A DNA stretch of 64,000 nucleotides from Patellaria atrata CBS 101060 (lineage: Eukaryota), in the NCBI GenBank assembly GCA_010093705.1, contig MU006093.1:669462-733461 (forward strand), written 5' to 3'. Positions 52,353-64,000 of this stretch are shown in pieces. How positions within the stretch are numbered: position 1 is the first letter of the stretch; the number at the start of each line of letters is the position of its first letter. The notes beneath the pieces were generated by a model. The model was not told the DNA's origin, did not search any database, and saw only the letters and a program-made list of their open reading frames with translations. A program made the translations under genes and the position numbers.

Positions 52353-52714
52353 CAGTATGGTATGGGTGAGGCGGGACAGCTCTCTTAAGCGGCGAGATGA
52401 ATATACTACCTGTACATGGTAGATACAAAGAGCGTTAAAGATGCGACCGGCCGGTGGCTGTTGACGATGCGTGGAGTTGTTAGTGTTTTGATGTCGTTTG
52501 TTTGGGGTTGCTTAACCGCGTCGGGTCCCGCTAGATTTCGGTTGTGCACAGACCACACAGGATTATCGGATCCTTCCGCTACAAAATAGAACTACAAAAA
52601 CCTCAAGCCAACAGCATTAGATTCACCTTATAGGGTACTACAGGACAACTCACTATTCTACTAATGATAAGAAATTTACAATCGCTCTGAAGCCTCTGTC
52701 CGATATATGATACA

Positions 52715-54436
52715 ATGGCTGCAAGATACCCGGTATTGGGAATCCTCTCACATCTCCGCTTCCCTCCATTCCCCCATCCCATCTCTTTAACTTCAAGATA
52801 CTTCTCCGTATCAGTACCTAGACGGATCATGGAAATGTCAGGCTTCACAGAGGATCAACTCTCAGTACGAGAAGCTATAACGAAAATATGTTCAAACTTC
52901 CCCGACGTGCGACTATACTGAATCATAGCATTGATGTGAGTTAATTTGATTCAGGAGTACTGGGCCGAACGCGATGAGTCTGGAGAGTATCCCCATGAGC
53001 TTCATGCTGCTTTGGCTAAGGATGGATGGATAGGGATTGCATTACCAGAAGAGCTTGGAGGTGCTAACTTGGGCATTTCCGAAGCCACCATGATGATGCA
53101 TACTATTTCAGAGTACGCCAAACCTTTGCTAGACTATGCTCATTATTAATCAAGTTATAATATTAGGAGTGGCGCTGGGATAGCTGGTGCTCAAACAATG
53201 CATGCCAATGTCTATGCAACTCAGGTAACGTAAATGGTATATGTCCAATGATTAGTTTCCAATTGAGAAATCCATAGCCCATCGCAAAATTCGCGACTTT
53301 AGAACAATGTAGAAGGTTCCTTCCAGACTTGATTTCGGGTAAAACGAGAGTTTGCTTTGGGGTGTACGTTTTTAAAACTTTTGTAGCCATCTTCCTATAA
53401 CTCATCTGGTATCAGAACAGAACCCAACACCGGCTTAGAAACACTCAAACTACGCACGGTGGCGAAACGTGACGGGGATTTTTACTATATAAGCGGTCAA
53501 AAGATGTCAGTCTTTTTATAGCCGTTAAATCTTCTTGTTCTCATTTAGTGATAGATGGATCACATCTGCTCAAGTTACCTCAAAGATGGTCCTTCTTGCA
53601 AGAACCACGCCCCTTGAAGATGTGAAAAAGAAGTCTGACGGTCTATCGCTGTTCTTTATCGACCTCGATAAGAGCGCAACCGGACTAGAACTTAAAAAGA
53701 TTAAGAAAATGGGCGGTAGAGCTGTAGATGCGAATGAAGTTTTTTTCGATAATTATAAAATACCAGCTGATTCATTGATTGGAACGGAGGGAGAAGGATT
53801 CAAGATCGTACGTGTATCTTCTCCCTCGATCTTAAGGACTCAATACCAATTCTTCAGGTACTTCATGGTATGAATGCAGAACGCTGTCTCCTCGCTGGCG
53901 AAGCACTTGGACTTGGATATGCTGCGTTGACCCGTGCTTCCGATTATGCTCGTGATCGAGTAGTATTTGGTCGGGCTATTGGACAGAACCAGGGTATCCA
54001 ACATCCTCTTGCCGCTTCGTTTATGAATCTAGAGGCCGCAAAATTAGCAACGTATCATGCAGCAAGGTTGTTTGACGCAAGCGTAAAGGATGAGACTATT
54101 ACACCACACTCTGTCGGGGTTGCTTGTAATTCAGCTAAATATTTGGCAGCAGAGGCTGCCTTTACAGCTTGTGAGCGAGCGGTTAGCAATTCCCATTTTC
54201 CCCGATTCTTCAATAGGCCACTAACACAACCAAGCTTCTCGCTCATGGAGGAATGGGTTATGCGCAGGAATATCATGTTGAGCGGTATCTCAGAGAATGC
54301 TTTGTACCGCGAATTGCTCCTATTAGCCGCGTAAGTCCTCTAATTTAATCATCAAAATCAGGCTGATATATTGAGATAGGAAATGATATTGAATTATATC
54401 GGGGAGAAAGTGTTGAGACTCCCGCGTAGCTACTAA
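52715..54436 (+). CDS. Acyl-CoA dehydrogenase family protein
   Basis: GWIGIALPEELGG, TEPNTG, GQK/WITSAQ, EVFFDNY, MNAERC, RVVFGRAIGQNQGIQH, HGGMGYAQEYHVERYLRE; multiple introns. Confidence 0.94.
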
Positions 54437-55035
54437 ATTCTCTGGTAGCTTATATCAAATGACACATGACTGTGGTACTCAGCTGATGGTTCCCAATCTG
54501 ATAACGACTGTCCACATGGCTGTTTGTTGACATCACATGCCACCCTCCCGCCCAAGGACCTGTTTATTTAATGCTTCCCCCCTCCCACACCGTTCCTTGC
54601 TCTTGACCGTTTACCATTTGATTTCTTTTGCAACTCTACCCTATTCAAACTACTCAGACACTAACAGTAAGTTCTCACCGTACATTTTATACTCACTTAT
54701 CATCTAGATCAGGCACATTCCTCAAGCTTAATTGAGACGCAAACATAGGTGCAATTGGAGCAAGAATTCTCAAAATGCGTCGAACCGCATACGCGTCATA
54801 CGATACGTTTCGATCACCATGCTTAGAAAACCCAGCGTATCTTCCTTGGATTAGAGAAACGTTCGCAATCACGAGCAGAGTCGGCCAGGATTAGCTATAT
54901 TCTATGGATGCAACGCTCTACCTTGTTTATCAGAAAACCCCAATCAACCATGTCATGCCTAAACACACTTCTACGAATATACGTCGAACCGATGGATTAT
55001 TTGTAACCAATTTGACTAAAGTTAGCGTATTCACC

Positions 55036-55599
55036 ATGTGTATCATCGAGTGGTACAAATGCAGCTGCAAAGCAGAAATCAGGAAAGATATTACGAAATG
55101 CAAACTCGCACAAGAAAGCAGCAGTTTCATGGGGATCTGCGTAAGAAGAGAGCTGAATCCGCAGCTACTGGAGGGAGAAGGTCCCTGTGGAGAATGCAAG
55201 ATGGAGAGACTAGGTTGGAGGAATGAGCTTGCTGAGTTTCGGTCAAGGGCGAATATCCCAGAGTCAGGGGAGGGCATCAACAACTCACCATGCCCGCGAT
55301 TCGCCGTAAAAGACAATAAAGCTGACGGTACCGCAACAATTGCTACACTCCTGTCGAATGTACGCTGCGAAACTCCTCTCCTCTTCCCTGTACGTCCAGC
55401 ATATGTTCCTCAACCAACGGCGCATCCAAGTCTTCGGATTTGGATCGGAAACTACGGGTATGTGGCTGTTTGGGAGGGGGCCATCATCACCAAGAAGAGC
55501 TTCCGCGAGCTGAGGATGAACGGCAAAGAGCAAGAAGAGGAGGACGATGACCTTCTCGACGACAATCACAGCGTCGAGAGCGACGAGCTGTACAAATAA
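55036..55599 (+). CDS. Hypothetical protein with N-terminal Cys cluster (possible Zn binding) and acidic tail
   Basis: MCIIEWYKCSC..C..C..CGEC pattern after a CACCATG start context; an upstream in-frame ATG at 54904 is an alternative start. Confidence 0.6.
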   Translation: MCIIEWYKCSCKAEIRKDITKCKLAQESSSFMGICVRRELNPQLLEGEGPCGECKMERLGWRNELAEFRSRANIPESGEGINNSPCPRFAVKDNKADGTATIATLLSNVRCETPLLFPVRPAYVPQPTAHPSLRIWIGNYGYVAVWEGAIITKKSFRELRMNGKEQEEEDDDLLDDNHSVESDELYK

Positions 55600-56499
55600 G
55601 CTCGCGCTACTGGCGCCAATCCTGGTAGATTAGGGTTCTTTGGGGGGACGTTTATGGGGGAGTTCACGCTGTGAATGGATTGATGTGGATTGGCATTCTT
55701 TGAATGGCCTGGGAATTTGGCGTTGGGGAGGGGGGAGGATTCATCTCATTATCTGTACTAATTAATGACTGCGGAGGAATATCACCTTAGGCAACTGAAA
55801 TCAAATTTTGCCGAAAGCATCAAACAATGACTGTTCACTAGGCGTTACCTGTTCTACGTGATATTATCCCCTTCCCAGTGTATCTATATTGAGAGGGTAA
55901 CCACGACCTAGGAATAACCGTACACACGTATCAAAGACTGGGGACTTATCAGATTTGCATATTATGCATTCGCCGTAATTTTTCACCCATGGTAGGGTTC
56001 CTCCATACTGCACGCTCCCTCTGAAGACAGTCTCCAACTCCTCTGTATAGGATGGAGGAAATGTATGCGAGATTCCGATTATTCGTACGCCTTTGACCGT
56101 ACCAGAAGGGAGATCGACTGAAAACGTAGGGCTAACAGGTTATAGTAGTTATTTTGTAAGTGTATAAAAACGAAAAATGCCAATTCCGACAAAGGTGATA
56201 ATTCGGACTCAATAGCATGTCGATTCATGTTAAGCAAGTGTGCAAGGCGTAGGGATGCAGACCCAGCAGGAAAGGTGATAGATAGACTTGGAAGTCCAAA
56301 CCGACGAAAAGGGGAAGCAGTCGCGCTAACACGTGATGTCGCGACTTTTGGTACCTAAATCCCCTTTTATTATGGTATGTCCGGCGGAGCGACCTAGAAG
56401 GAAAAACACGGCATCACATCTATTATCTATAATCTATTATCTATCTCCATTATCCATTACCATCGCCCTGTTATTAGCACATGTGCTGTTTCTGTCATT

Positions 56500-57457
56500 A
56501 TGCCTCCCAATTCCAAGTCACTCATCCGGACAGCTTTTGAATATTCTCTCCTTATAGTCCCGCTGTATCTACTCGCCGGTGCTCCGCTCTTACGCTCATT
56601 TTTTGGTTCTCCTGGTGAGACCGATGACGAAGTTGCTGATCTTATTTCAAAACTCAATACCTCAACTCTAATGATTCCTGATGAAGATTTGATATGCCCG
56701 AAATCTACTTATGTAGTTCATATATTATCTAGAGATCCACTGGTTGCTTATATAGAAGATTTTATTAGAAATGATGAGGCAAGCCATCTTGTTGAGATCA
56801 GGTAAGGAAGATACTTATTGTGATCTTCACTGCGTGCATTTTATTTACCAATTTGCTAATAATGACAGTGAACCGAACTTCACACCGTCGACGGTGTGGG
56901 CAGGTAGTGAAGAGAGTCATGACATGACTATAAGGCTTTCAGAAAAAGCTTTACTCCCTCGAGATCACACCGTAAAGTGCATCGAAGCTCGAGCTCGAGC
57001 ATTTCAGGGTTGGCGTCCCGATGTGTTCATAGAAGAACTCTACAGTCAACGCTATGGCCCAAGCGGCTACTATCGACATCATTTTGATGGTGGAGTATCA
57101 TCATCTAGATTCGGCCGAATCTCAAGCTTTATGGTTTATCTTGATGCGAGTTGCACTGGCGGCGGGACCAATTTTCCAAAGCTCAAAAGGCCGGAGAATA
57201 AGAGCTGGTGCAAATTCATCGAATGTGGAGACGAGATTAGCAAAGGTATCGATGGTGAGGAGTTAGAAGGTATAACCTTTAAAGCGATCAAAGGAAATGC
57301 GCTTTATTGGGAAAACTTCCGTCCCGACGGCTCGATGTATGAAGAGAGCTGGCACGCTGGCTTGCCAGTGAAGACGGGCACGAAGATCGGACTGAATATC
57401 TGGAGTTGGTATCAAAAGGGATATGAAGAACTACTCAAGTCACAGAAATCTCCATGA
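56500..57457 (+). CDS. Prolyl 4-hydroxylase-like 2OG-Fe(II) oxygenase
   Basis: ILSRDPLVAYIEDF, HFD, SFMVYL..GGGTNFP, WHAGLPV..K; N-terminal hydrophobic segment; one intron ~56802-56868. Confidence 0.9.
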
Positions 57458-58402
57458 AGGAGTGGAGTCCCATTTCTATCACCCAGAAACTAGATATTCT
57501 TGAACTGGAATCCATACGCGGACGACGACTTTCCTAACTCAATCACTAATAAAGGATTTCCATTGTCAAATTGACATTCAAACTTTCAACCTATCTTTAC
57601 GTTTCATTACTGTATTTGGTTATCGATAGTTATTTCAACGAGTTGCCACCCGAGGCACCCCTTGAACGGCTTCCCCGAAAATTATTATCATTCTCCTCTA
57701 GGATCTTCCCAAATGCTCAGAAATACAACTGGAACTAGCACAGTTGGCGGTATCTGACTGGACATCGCCGAATTTATGTCTGAAGAGTTTGGCGTGCGCA
57801 CCAAAAGTCGAGCTGGATTTTATGATTAGTGAACATTTTTGGAGTGAGTAAGCAACGAAATCTGCTGTCTCGGCAACCGAGGCTGCATATCTAGGCGGAA
57901 GGAAGCATGACTTTGTATCATCACTTCAATATCTACAGCTTTAGTGCTGCAACTCTAAGGCTGCCCTTCGCCATCTAGCCAACGCAAATATATCCCAACG
58001 AAGAAACAAAAATGCGACAACCAAACTTCAATTGTGCACTTATACCGAATATGCCAGGATTCGGCTTCTTCTAAGTCCGAGGGATTTGCAATATTAGATT
58101 CAATGTTTCTATTTTATTCTTTTACTCTCCTAGCGATTTGCACCTTACTATTTCGACGTTTCTTAAAGCCCAAGTTTTGCTCCTTGATTACTTTCTGTCT
58201 GATGTTTTGGCTAAGCGATCAGCCCTAACATATAAGGCATTGATTACCTACATGTGTTATCTAATAATGATGTTCAGATATTTGATATAACTTGACTTTC
58301 TTTATCGCCAAAATTTCAACTTTGAAAAAAGTCATCAGGACTAAGTAGAACGCGAGGTGCCTCACATTGAGAGACATAGGCTACAGCGAATCACTCGTAC
58401 AC

Positions 58403-59862
58403 ATGATGCAGAACGAAACTCCGCGGCGCAGTGGACGATTCCATAACAAACGCTCAATTGACACGGTACAGCAGACCGAGGATAAGAGCACGAACGAGAG
58501 TCCTACTGAGGTAGGTCTAAGCGTAACACACTTTTAGTAGCTGAGCTTATGTCGGAGTAGAGGCGTAGGCGTCAACTCCGGATAGCACAACGACAATACC
58601 GAGCACGAAAGGACACCTCAATATCAACTCTTCACGTCGAAGTAGGTTCCTTAAGAACCGTTATCGGCCAACTCGACAACACCATATCCCAATTTCGAGT
58701 CCGCGCAACAGAACTAGGTCTCGACCAACTCGCCCCTCTAATAGCCGAAGACCTCGACAAGACCGTTGAATCTGTCAAATCCCTAACCTACTTTGCAAGA
58801 TCCAGCGGTATCACAAGACCATCGGCTGGAGTATTCCAGAGTCTGACGGGAGCGGGCTCCAACAGCTCAACTGACATTGAAACCAGTCCAACTAGAGATG
58901 TCGCATATACTGAGAGCTTACCAAACATATATACTCCTTCTATACAACTGAGCCTGAATACATTGTACAGTGCCTCCGAATATCCACTTACCCAAACTCT
59001 CGTAACCCATCCATCCCCAGGGGACGCCCTTCTACCGTTCGGCTGCCGTCTATACAGATACAGCGCCGAGCTCGCCTACACGCTCCTCTTGCGCGCAAAC
59101 AGCATGCCACCCGCCCTCGTCGAGCGCGTATTCAGTCTCAACTACCTGTACTTCGAACACGAACAACTCATCACCCGATTCCGCAACTTCCTCGATGGCA
59201 TCGACAAAGGTATAGTCGACCTCCGTAAAGGGAGGAAGGAACACCTAACCCGCCTTGCCCACAGTAGCAGCAGTACTACAAATCAGGCTGAACCACGTCC
59301 ATCTGCTCTTCCGTGTCCACTCAAGATGCCACCGCTGGCGGATGAGGATGTCGACGACGTCCTCGCTTACCTCAATTTTGATGGCCGCTTTTTGGACCCG
59401 TATGAGGTCGAGCAGTATCTCGTTGCCAAGGGCGTCGAGTTTGGCCCTGATCCGAATGTTGCTGTGTTACGCCGACAACGCAGCTGTTTTAGTGAGGACG
59501 CTTTCTTACCTACGGGCTTTGCGATCGAGTTGGATTCCGAGGTTCTGGACTTGGATCCAGTTCAGGAAAGGAATCCAACTACGGACTACAGCGGGACGAT
59601 CCCACCTGACGGGTTCTGGGAGGCGGAGAAGGTGCTGTATGAAGGATTAGAGAACGGGAGTGGAGAGAATATGACGTCCTTTCCCGCTTTCAGTCGTCTT
59701 CAAAGGGCTCGAGAGACGTTTGAGGAAGTAAACGAGGACACGGTAAAGGTGGATGTCAATGTATTATTGAAGGAGTTATCGGCATTAGCGGTTTGTTGTG
59801 TGAGGACGCCGGGCTATCGGGTTGAGAATGTGGACACCGCGCTTAATACTGCGATTGTATAA
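58403..59862 (+). CDS. Fungal bZIP transcription factor
   Basis: Exon 1 ends ..ESPTE, intron 58511-58560, then RRRRQLRIAQRQYRARKD plus heptad leucines, in frame with ORF 58963-59862 (PFGCRLYR, FLDPYEVEQYL, TPGYR). Confidence 0.85.
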
Positions 59863-59939
59863 TTCGAGGACCTGAAGGGATTCCGCTTTTCCTTGGGTGA
59901 CGCGTAGGTGGCTTTGGTTTATTGTCCAATACAATTGGA

Positions 59940-60310
59940 CTGTACGTACTTTACAGTACAGACAAAACCTAACTGTACAAGATCCAACCTTACAAAACCT
60001 TCCGTATCAATAACCCGACTGTATAAATGGCACGTTATAGAGAATGTCGTTGCCGTACAAAACAGCACCCCAAAAAATGGTCACTCCGAATAGCAAGATG
60101 GGCCTGCTGTACCAAAGATCCTGCTATACCAAAGATCCTACTATATCGAAAGACCCTATTATATAGTATAAAACAACCCTACTATACAAAACGAGCGGAG
60201 TATAAGAACGACTCACCTATAAAGTGACAACACAGTATAAAACGACCAGACCATAACACAACCGATCTACGGAATAAGTTAGCTATACAAAACGAGCACG
60301 TTACAACCTA
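59940..60310. repeat. Degenerate ~17-19 bp minisatellite
   Basis: CCTGCTGTACCAAAGAT / CCTGCTATACCAAAGAT / CCTACTATATCGAAAGAC / CCTACTATACAAAACGAG and looser flanking copies. Confidence 0.6.
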
Positions 60311-60676
60311 CAGAAGAACCGCGCAACAGTTGCAAAACAACAAACTCGAAGAAGAAACCTACAACACACATACCCGCTAAACACCAACCTGAAATACTAG
60401 CGAAACAATGGACATCATTCCCCTCACTCGAAACGGTAGACTCGGGGTAAATCTTCCTATAAAGACGTGCAGTAGCTCATACCATTAACTAGTACACACC
60501 GCAAACACATACATCCCCATTCATCCTAACCCTCCCTCCCCTCCCCTACAAACCAAAAAAAAAAAAAAGAAAACCCCCCCAACTAATTCAAACAAACCAC
60601 ATATCCCAAACACGCCTACAAAACAATACCCACCCTCACCCCCGTACCCGCAAACCCAACCCATACACCACCCCCC

Positions 60677-62779
60677 CTAAAGCCCCCTCTGCGAATCCAT
60701 CAGTGTAATCTCCTCCTCCGTAGCATACCCCTCCTCCATATCCTCATCCACGACATCCGAGATCAGGACCTGCTCAGTGCGTGAACCAGTCTCATAATCG
60801 ACAACATCAGAAACAAAGATAGGGTGAGCGCATGATTCCGACCGAGAGTCTGAAGTAGCGATTCCGCCGTCTCTGTCTCCGGCTCGGTCCGGTAAATCTG
60901 GGAGTAAGTCAGTGCCATTCCCAAACCCCCATAAAAAAACTCAAAAGATGTTTGAATTATGGGTATATAGCTACTAACACCCAAACAAAACAAACAAGCA
61001 CAAAAACACAAAACAAAAAAAAAAGTAGTGAAAAAATTCAACTAACCCAAACCTAACCCAACCAAGAGCCCCATAACCCTAACATGACAATCAGCCATAA
61101 CCCTCACCGCCTCATCATCGCCCCTTTTCCTCCTCGCATCCGTCCATGCTCTCGTCCGCCTCTTCAGGATCCCGTATAGCGTCACCTCGCCCAATTTCTC
61201 CGTTGTCTTTAACGAGCCCTGCTTCAAGAGAGTCAGCAGCGTGTTCTCGAGTAGGAGGGCAAGTTTGGCGTTATCGGATGTGTTGTGGCTGTTTGCCGCA
61301 TGTGGGAGGAAGTGTCTTTCGAAATCCGCTTGATGCAGTGCGCTTCCGCTGGAGTACTCGGGGGGAGATGTAGGGAGCAGTGGGCGCATTGTTATTGCGT
61401 TGAGGAGGAGTTGGGAGGAGGGGGGAAGAAGTGAGGTTTGTAGGAGCGCGGTGAAGCGGGAGAGGGGGAGGGAGCGGAGGTACTCGGAGTAGAGGTCGAA
61501 GAAATCGCGTTGAGTGTCTAGGAAATGCGGGGTGTCGAGGGAGATTTTGGACAACTAGTGTGTTGGGTAAGTTGGATGTTAGGTAAAAGAGAATAAAAGT
61601 AGAACTTACGAATGCAAGAATTCGTTGACGGAGGAGGATAGATTCGATACCACCGTATGCAGCGATCCCTGGTGATTGGAGTTCGGAACTGGGTGATTTG
61701 GTTTCCCTTGCTGATGGTACGTCCTCCATGAGATCATCGTCATCATCTTCATTGCCATAGTCTCCCAAGTTGCCTTCCTCGAAGTTCACTCCCTTGGATG
61801 GTGTCGGCTTCTTTGTCTGCTTGACTTTCCTCTCTTTCGTCTCATTATGGAACACCTCCCCGAATTCGTTTAAAAATTTGGCATCCCCGTCGGCAAGGAT
61901 AGCGCGGAAGATCCTCTTCTGAAAATGACGGTGCTGCCCTTCGCGGAGATATAGTGCCGCCAAACTCTGTTCTAGTGACTTGTCTTTCTCCGGTTTTGAT
62001 TTCTTATTTTCAGAAAAGCGTTCATTCCAATCAGCTTCCATGACATCAAGCATATATTCTATCCACATTTTCCATCTCTCCCATCTTTTAGGCCATATTA
62101 TTGAGCAATTGAATGCCCATCCCACAATATGCCAGAAATCTTCAGCATTTGCAAATATCGACTCCTCGGTTGCTAGTTTTGAAACGATAACGCGCTCGTT
62201 GGGATCATCTTCAGAGGAATCAGAGCGTGCAGTCACTCCTCTACGCTTGCCTCCGCCACGCCGTGCAGAGTTACCCTTGGAGAAAGCGAAGGCTGTGGAT
62301 GTATGCGTGTTTATCGCTCCCACTACTTTATTGATCGTGGCCAACGTTTGGAGGGCTATATTGGAGGCATTCGAGCGCTCGGGAGAGAGTGCTCTTGTAG
62401 TTGTGGTCGGATGGACTACTAATGTAGCTAGAAAAGCTAGATGTTGTGGTGGAGGTATTAGAGCGAGATGTGCATGTTTTGGGGTTGAGGTGGAGGTTCC
62501 TGCATTGGTGACGCTGGAGAGAAGACTCAAGCCTTGAATATCTGATCATCTCAGAGGTATTAGCTTCCTATCCAACCAAAGTAGAGTTTCTAGTTCGTAC
62601 AATCACCTGCTTCAAAGTATACCGCATAATTATTCTGTATATCGTAGCTCATAACCTTTGCGGGGCGGTAGAAAAGTGTCTGAGTTAAGGCATGTTGCAA
62701 AGGTATCTTAGAAACTGTAGAACTATTACTGTCAGAAGCACCTGACATCCTGAGTAGGTATGTCAATCTCGGTGCTCAT
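60677..62779 (-). CDS. Conserved fungal hypothetical protein
   Basis: Spliced model from ATG 62779 through IPPPQHLAFLATLVVHP and AEDFWHIVGWAFNCS..RWERWKMW. Either stops at 61042 or splices (61046-60898) to an acidic last exon ending at 60677. Confidence 0.75.
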
Positions 62780-63651
62780 ACTTGTGTATGAAATTTGGAG
62801 TCACGAATTGTATTCGACCCGATGTGGAGTACAAGGAATCGTAAAACGCGTCATCACATGACAAGACCATCAACCACTAACTTTATTAGGGTTAGTGAGT
62901 TGGAGTTGGTGTTTCCCAGCTTTCACGTCGTCATAAGGTTTCCATCACCATGATGTCCTTCCTCTCTGCAACAATTGAATAATGATCATTACATGTCATT
63001 TTTCTCGCCCAAATCATATGCACAGCCACTTTAGAGAGACATGTATTGCTAAGAATAGCTACAGCCTACATGTCCCCGCTCAACGTCTATCCAACATGGG
63101 ATGATGTCATTTGATTGGCGTACAATGTATATAAAAGGCTTTCCCTAAAAGGATATTGTCAATGACTACTTACATACGCTTTGACGGCGTAAGGGAGCCC
63201 TTGAGGTACAGCAAGCTGAGCAATTTATTCCCAGCCATTCATCAGTAAGGTCTATCTTGTGTCTCCTAACTTACTACCTCGAACAACGCATTATATTATC
63301 TTCCAGCCCCCGAAGTGTCCATGTCTCGATGATGCACTGCCCCCATCCCCATCCTTCTGTCTGCAATGCTGCTTCCGCAACAACCGAGCCCTTGCACGAA
63401 TGACATAAACACGTAGATCCTGCTGACTTGGTCACTTGGTGCTGTAAGTTGTTTGTCTTGACTCGACTTATAAACACCGCGACTCACTACCAGACTCTCT
63501 TATTTTTTTTCTATCAAGTCGTCCATCAACATTTCTATTAAACTCAAACCCAAAGCAAACTTTCCTTCCTACAGACATTCCAAATCATAAAACCTTTCTT
63601 GATAGTCCACTCCATACCAAACACGCTCAACTCCATCATACATAATCCACA

Positions 63652-64000
63652 ATGGCAACTCTACCACAGCAGGTGCCACCGCAACCCCAATTCGCATCTA
63701 ACATGCCCCAAGTTGTTCCCCAAGCCGCCCCAGGAGCAGGACATCAGCATCAACCATTGAGTCACGACTCCGCCCAACATGCACCACCACCAGCAAAACA
63801 GGCACCCACAAGCACTACCACCGCAGCCCCAGAAACCGCTCACCTCTCCTCGGTCGGAACCGAAATCGGCATCTTCAAACCCTTCATCGCACAAAAATCA
63901 GAAACGCTCATCCTAACTGAGCGCTTCGGCCTCTCAGGCGACAGCTTCAGGATCCAAAACCTCGAAGGGCGCCCGATCCTGCAAGTCGAGGGCAAAGTCG
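63652..64000 (+). CDS. LURP-one-related / tubby C-terminal-like (DUF567) protein, partial
   Basis: Low-complexity N-terminus then IGIFKPFIAQKSETLILTERFGLSGDSFRIQNLEGRPILQVEGK; open to the window end. Confidence 0.85.
   Translation, partial: MATLPQQVPPQPQFASNMPQVVPQAAPGAGHQHQPLSHDSAQHAPPPAKQAPTSTTTAAPETAHLSSVGTEIGIFKPFIAQKSETLILTERFGLSGDSFRIQNLEGRPILQVEGKV

Noticed and set aside
62886..62895. TTAGGGTTAG as telomerase RNA template or telomere remnant
   Set aside because: Single 10-mer about 110 nt upstream of a protein-coding start, leaving no room for a long telomerase RNA; more likely a promoter telobox or chance.

Overview
Intron-containing genomic DNA of a filamentous ascomycete (Pezizomycotina; the class cannot be fixed from sequence alone). 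It alternates conserved gene-dense blocks with accessory, gene-poor blocks. (1) 1-10 kb, accessory: an apparently intact NB-ARC/TPR NLR on the minus strand, missed by the ORF track because it runs off the window edge. Its first two small exons encode a short N/G/S-rich leader that resembles fungal amyloid-signalling motifs. The block also holds a RIP-damaged TPR relic, a dispersed 5S rRNA gene, two multi-exon small secreted cysteine-rich genes, a solo LTR and a truncated tRNA-like element. (2) 10-26.5 kb, core: MOSC/mARC-like protein, ISWI remodeller, GET3, a candidate structured RNA, then a tandem class 3 lipase, S53 sedolisin and S10 carboxypeptidase. (3) 26.6-44.6 kb: an ~18 kb stretch with no intact gene. 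It contains three successive degenerate tandem arrays, frameshifted gene relics (two F-box-like), two solo LTRs with target-site duplications, and a full-length Pol III-type tRNA-like element. (4) 44.7-64 kb, core: secreted amidase, INCENP, acyl-CoA dehydrogenase, a Cys-motif orphan, prolyl 4-hydroxylase-like oxygenase, bZIP factor, a conserved hypothetical protein and a partial LURP-one/DUF567 gene. All gene models were spliced by eye and no database search was run.
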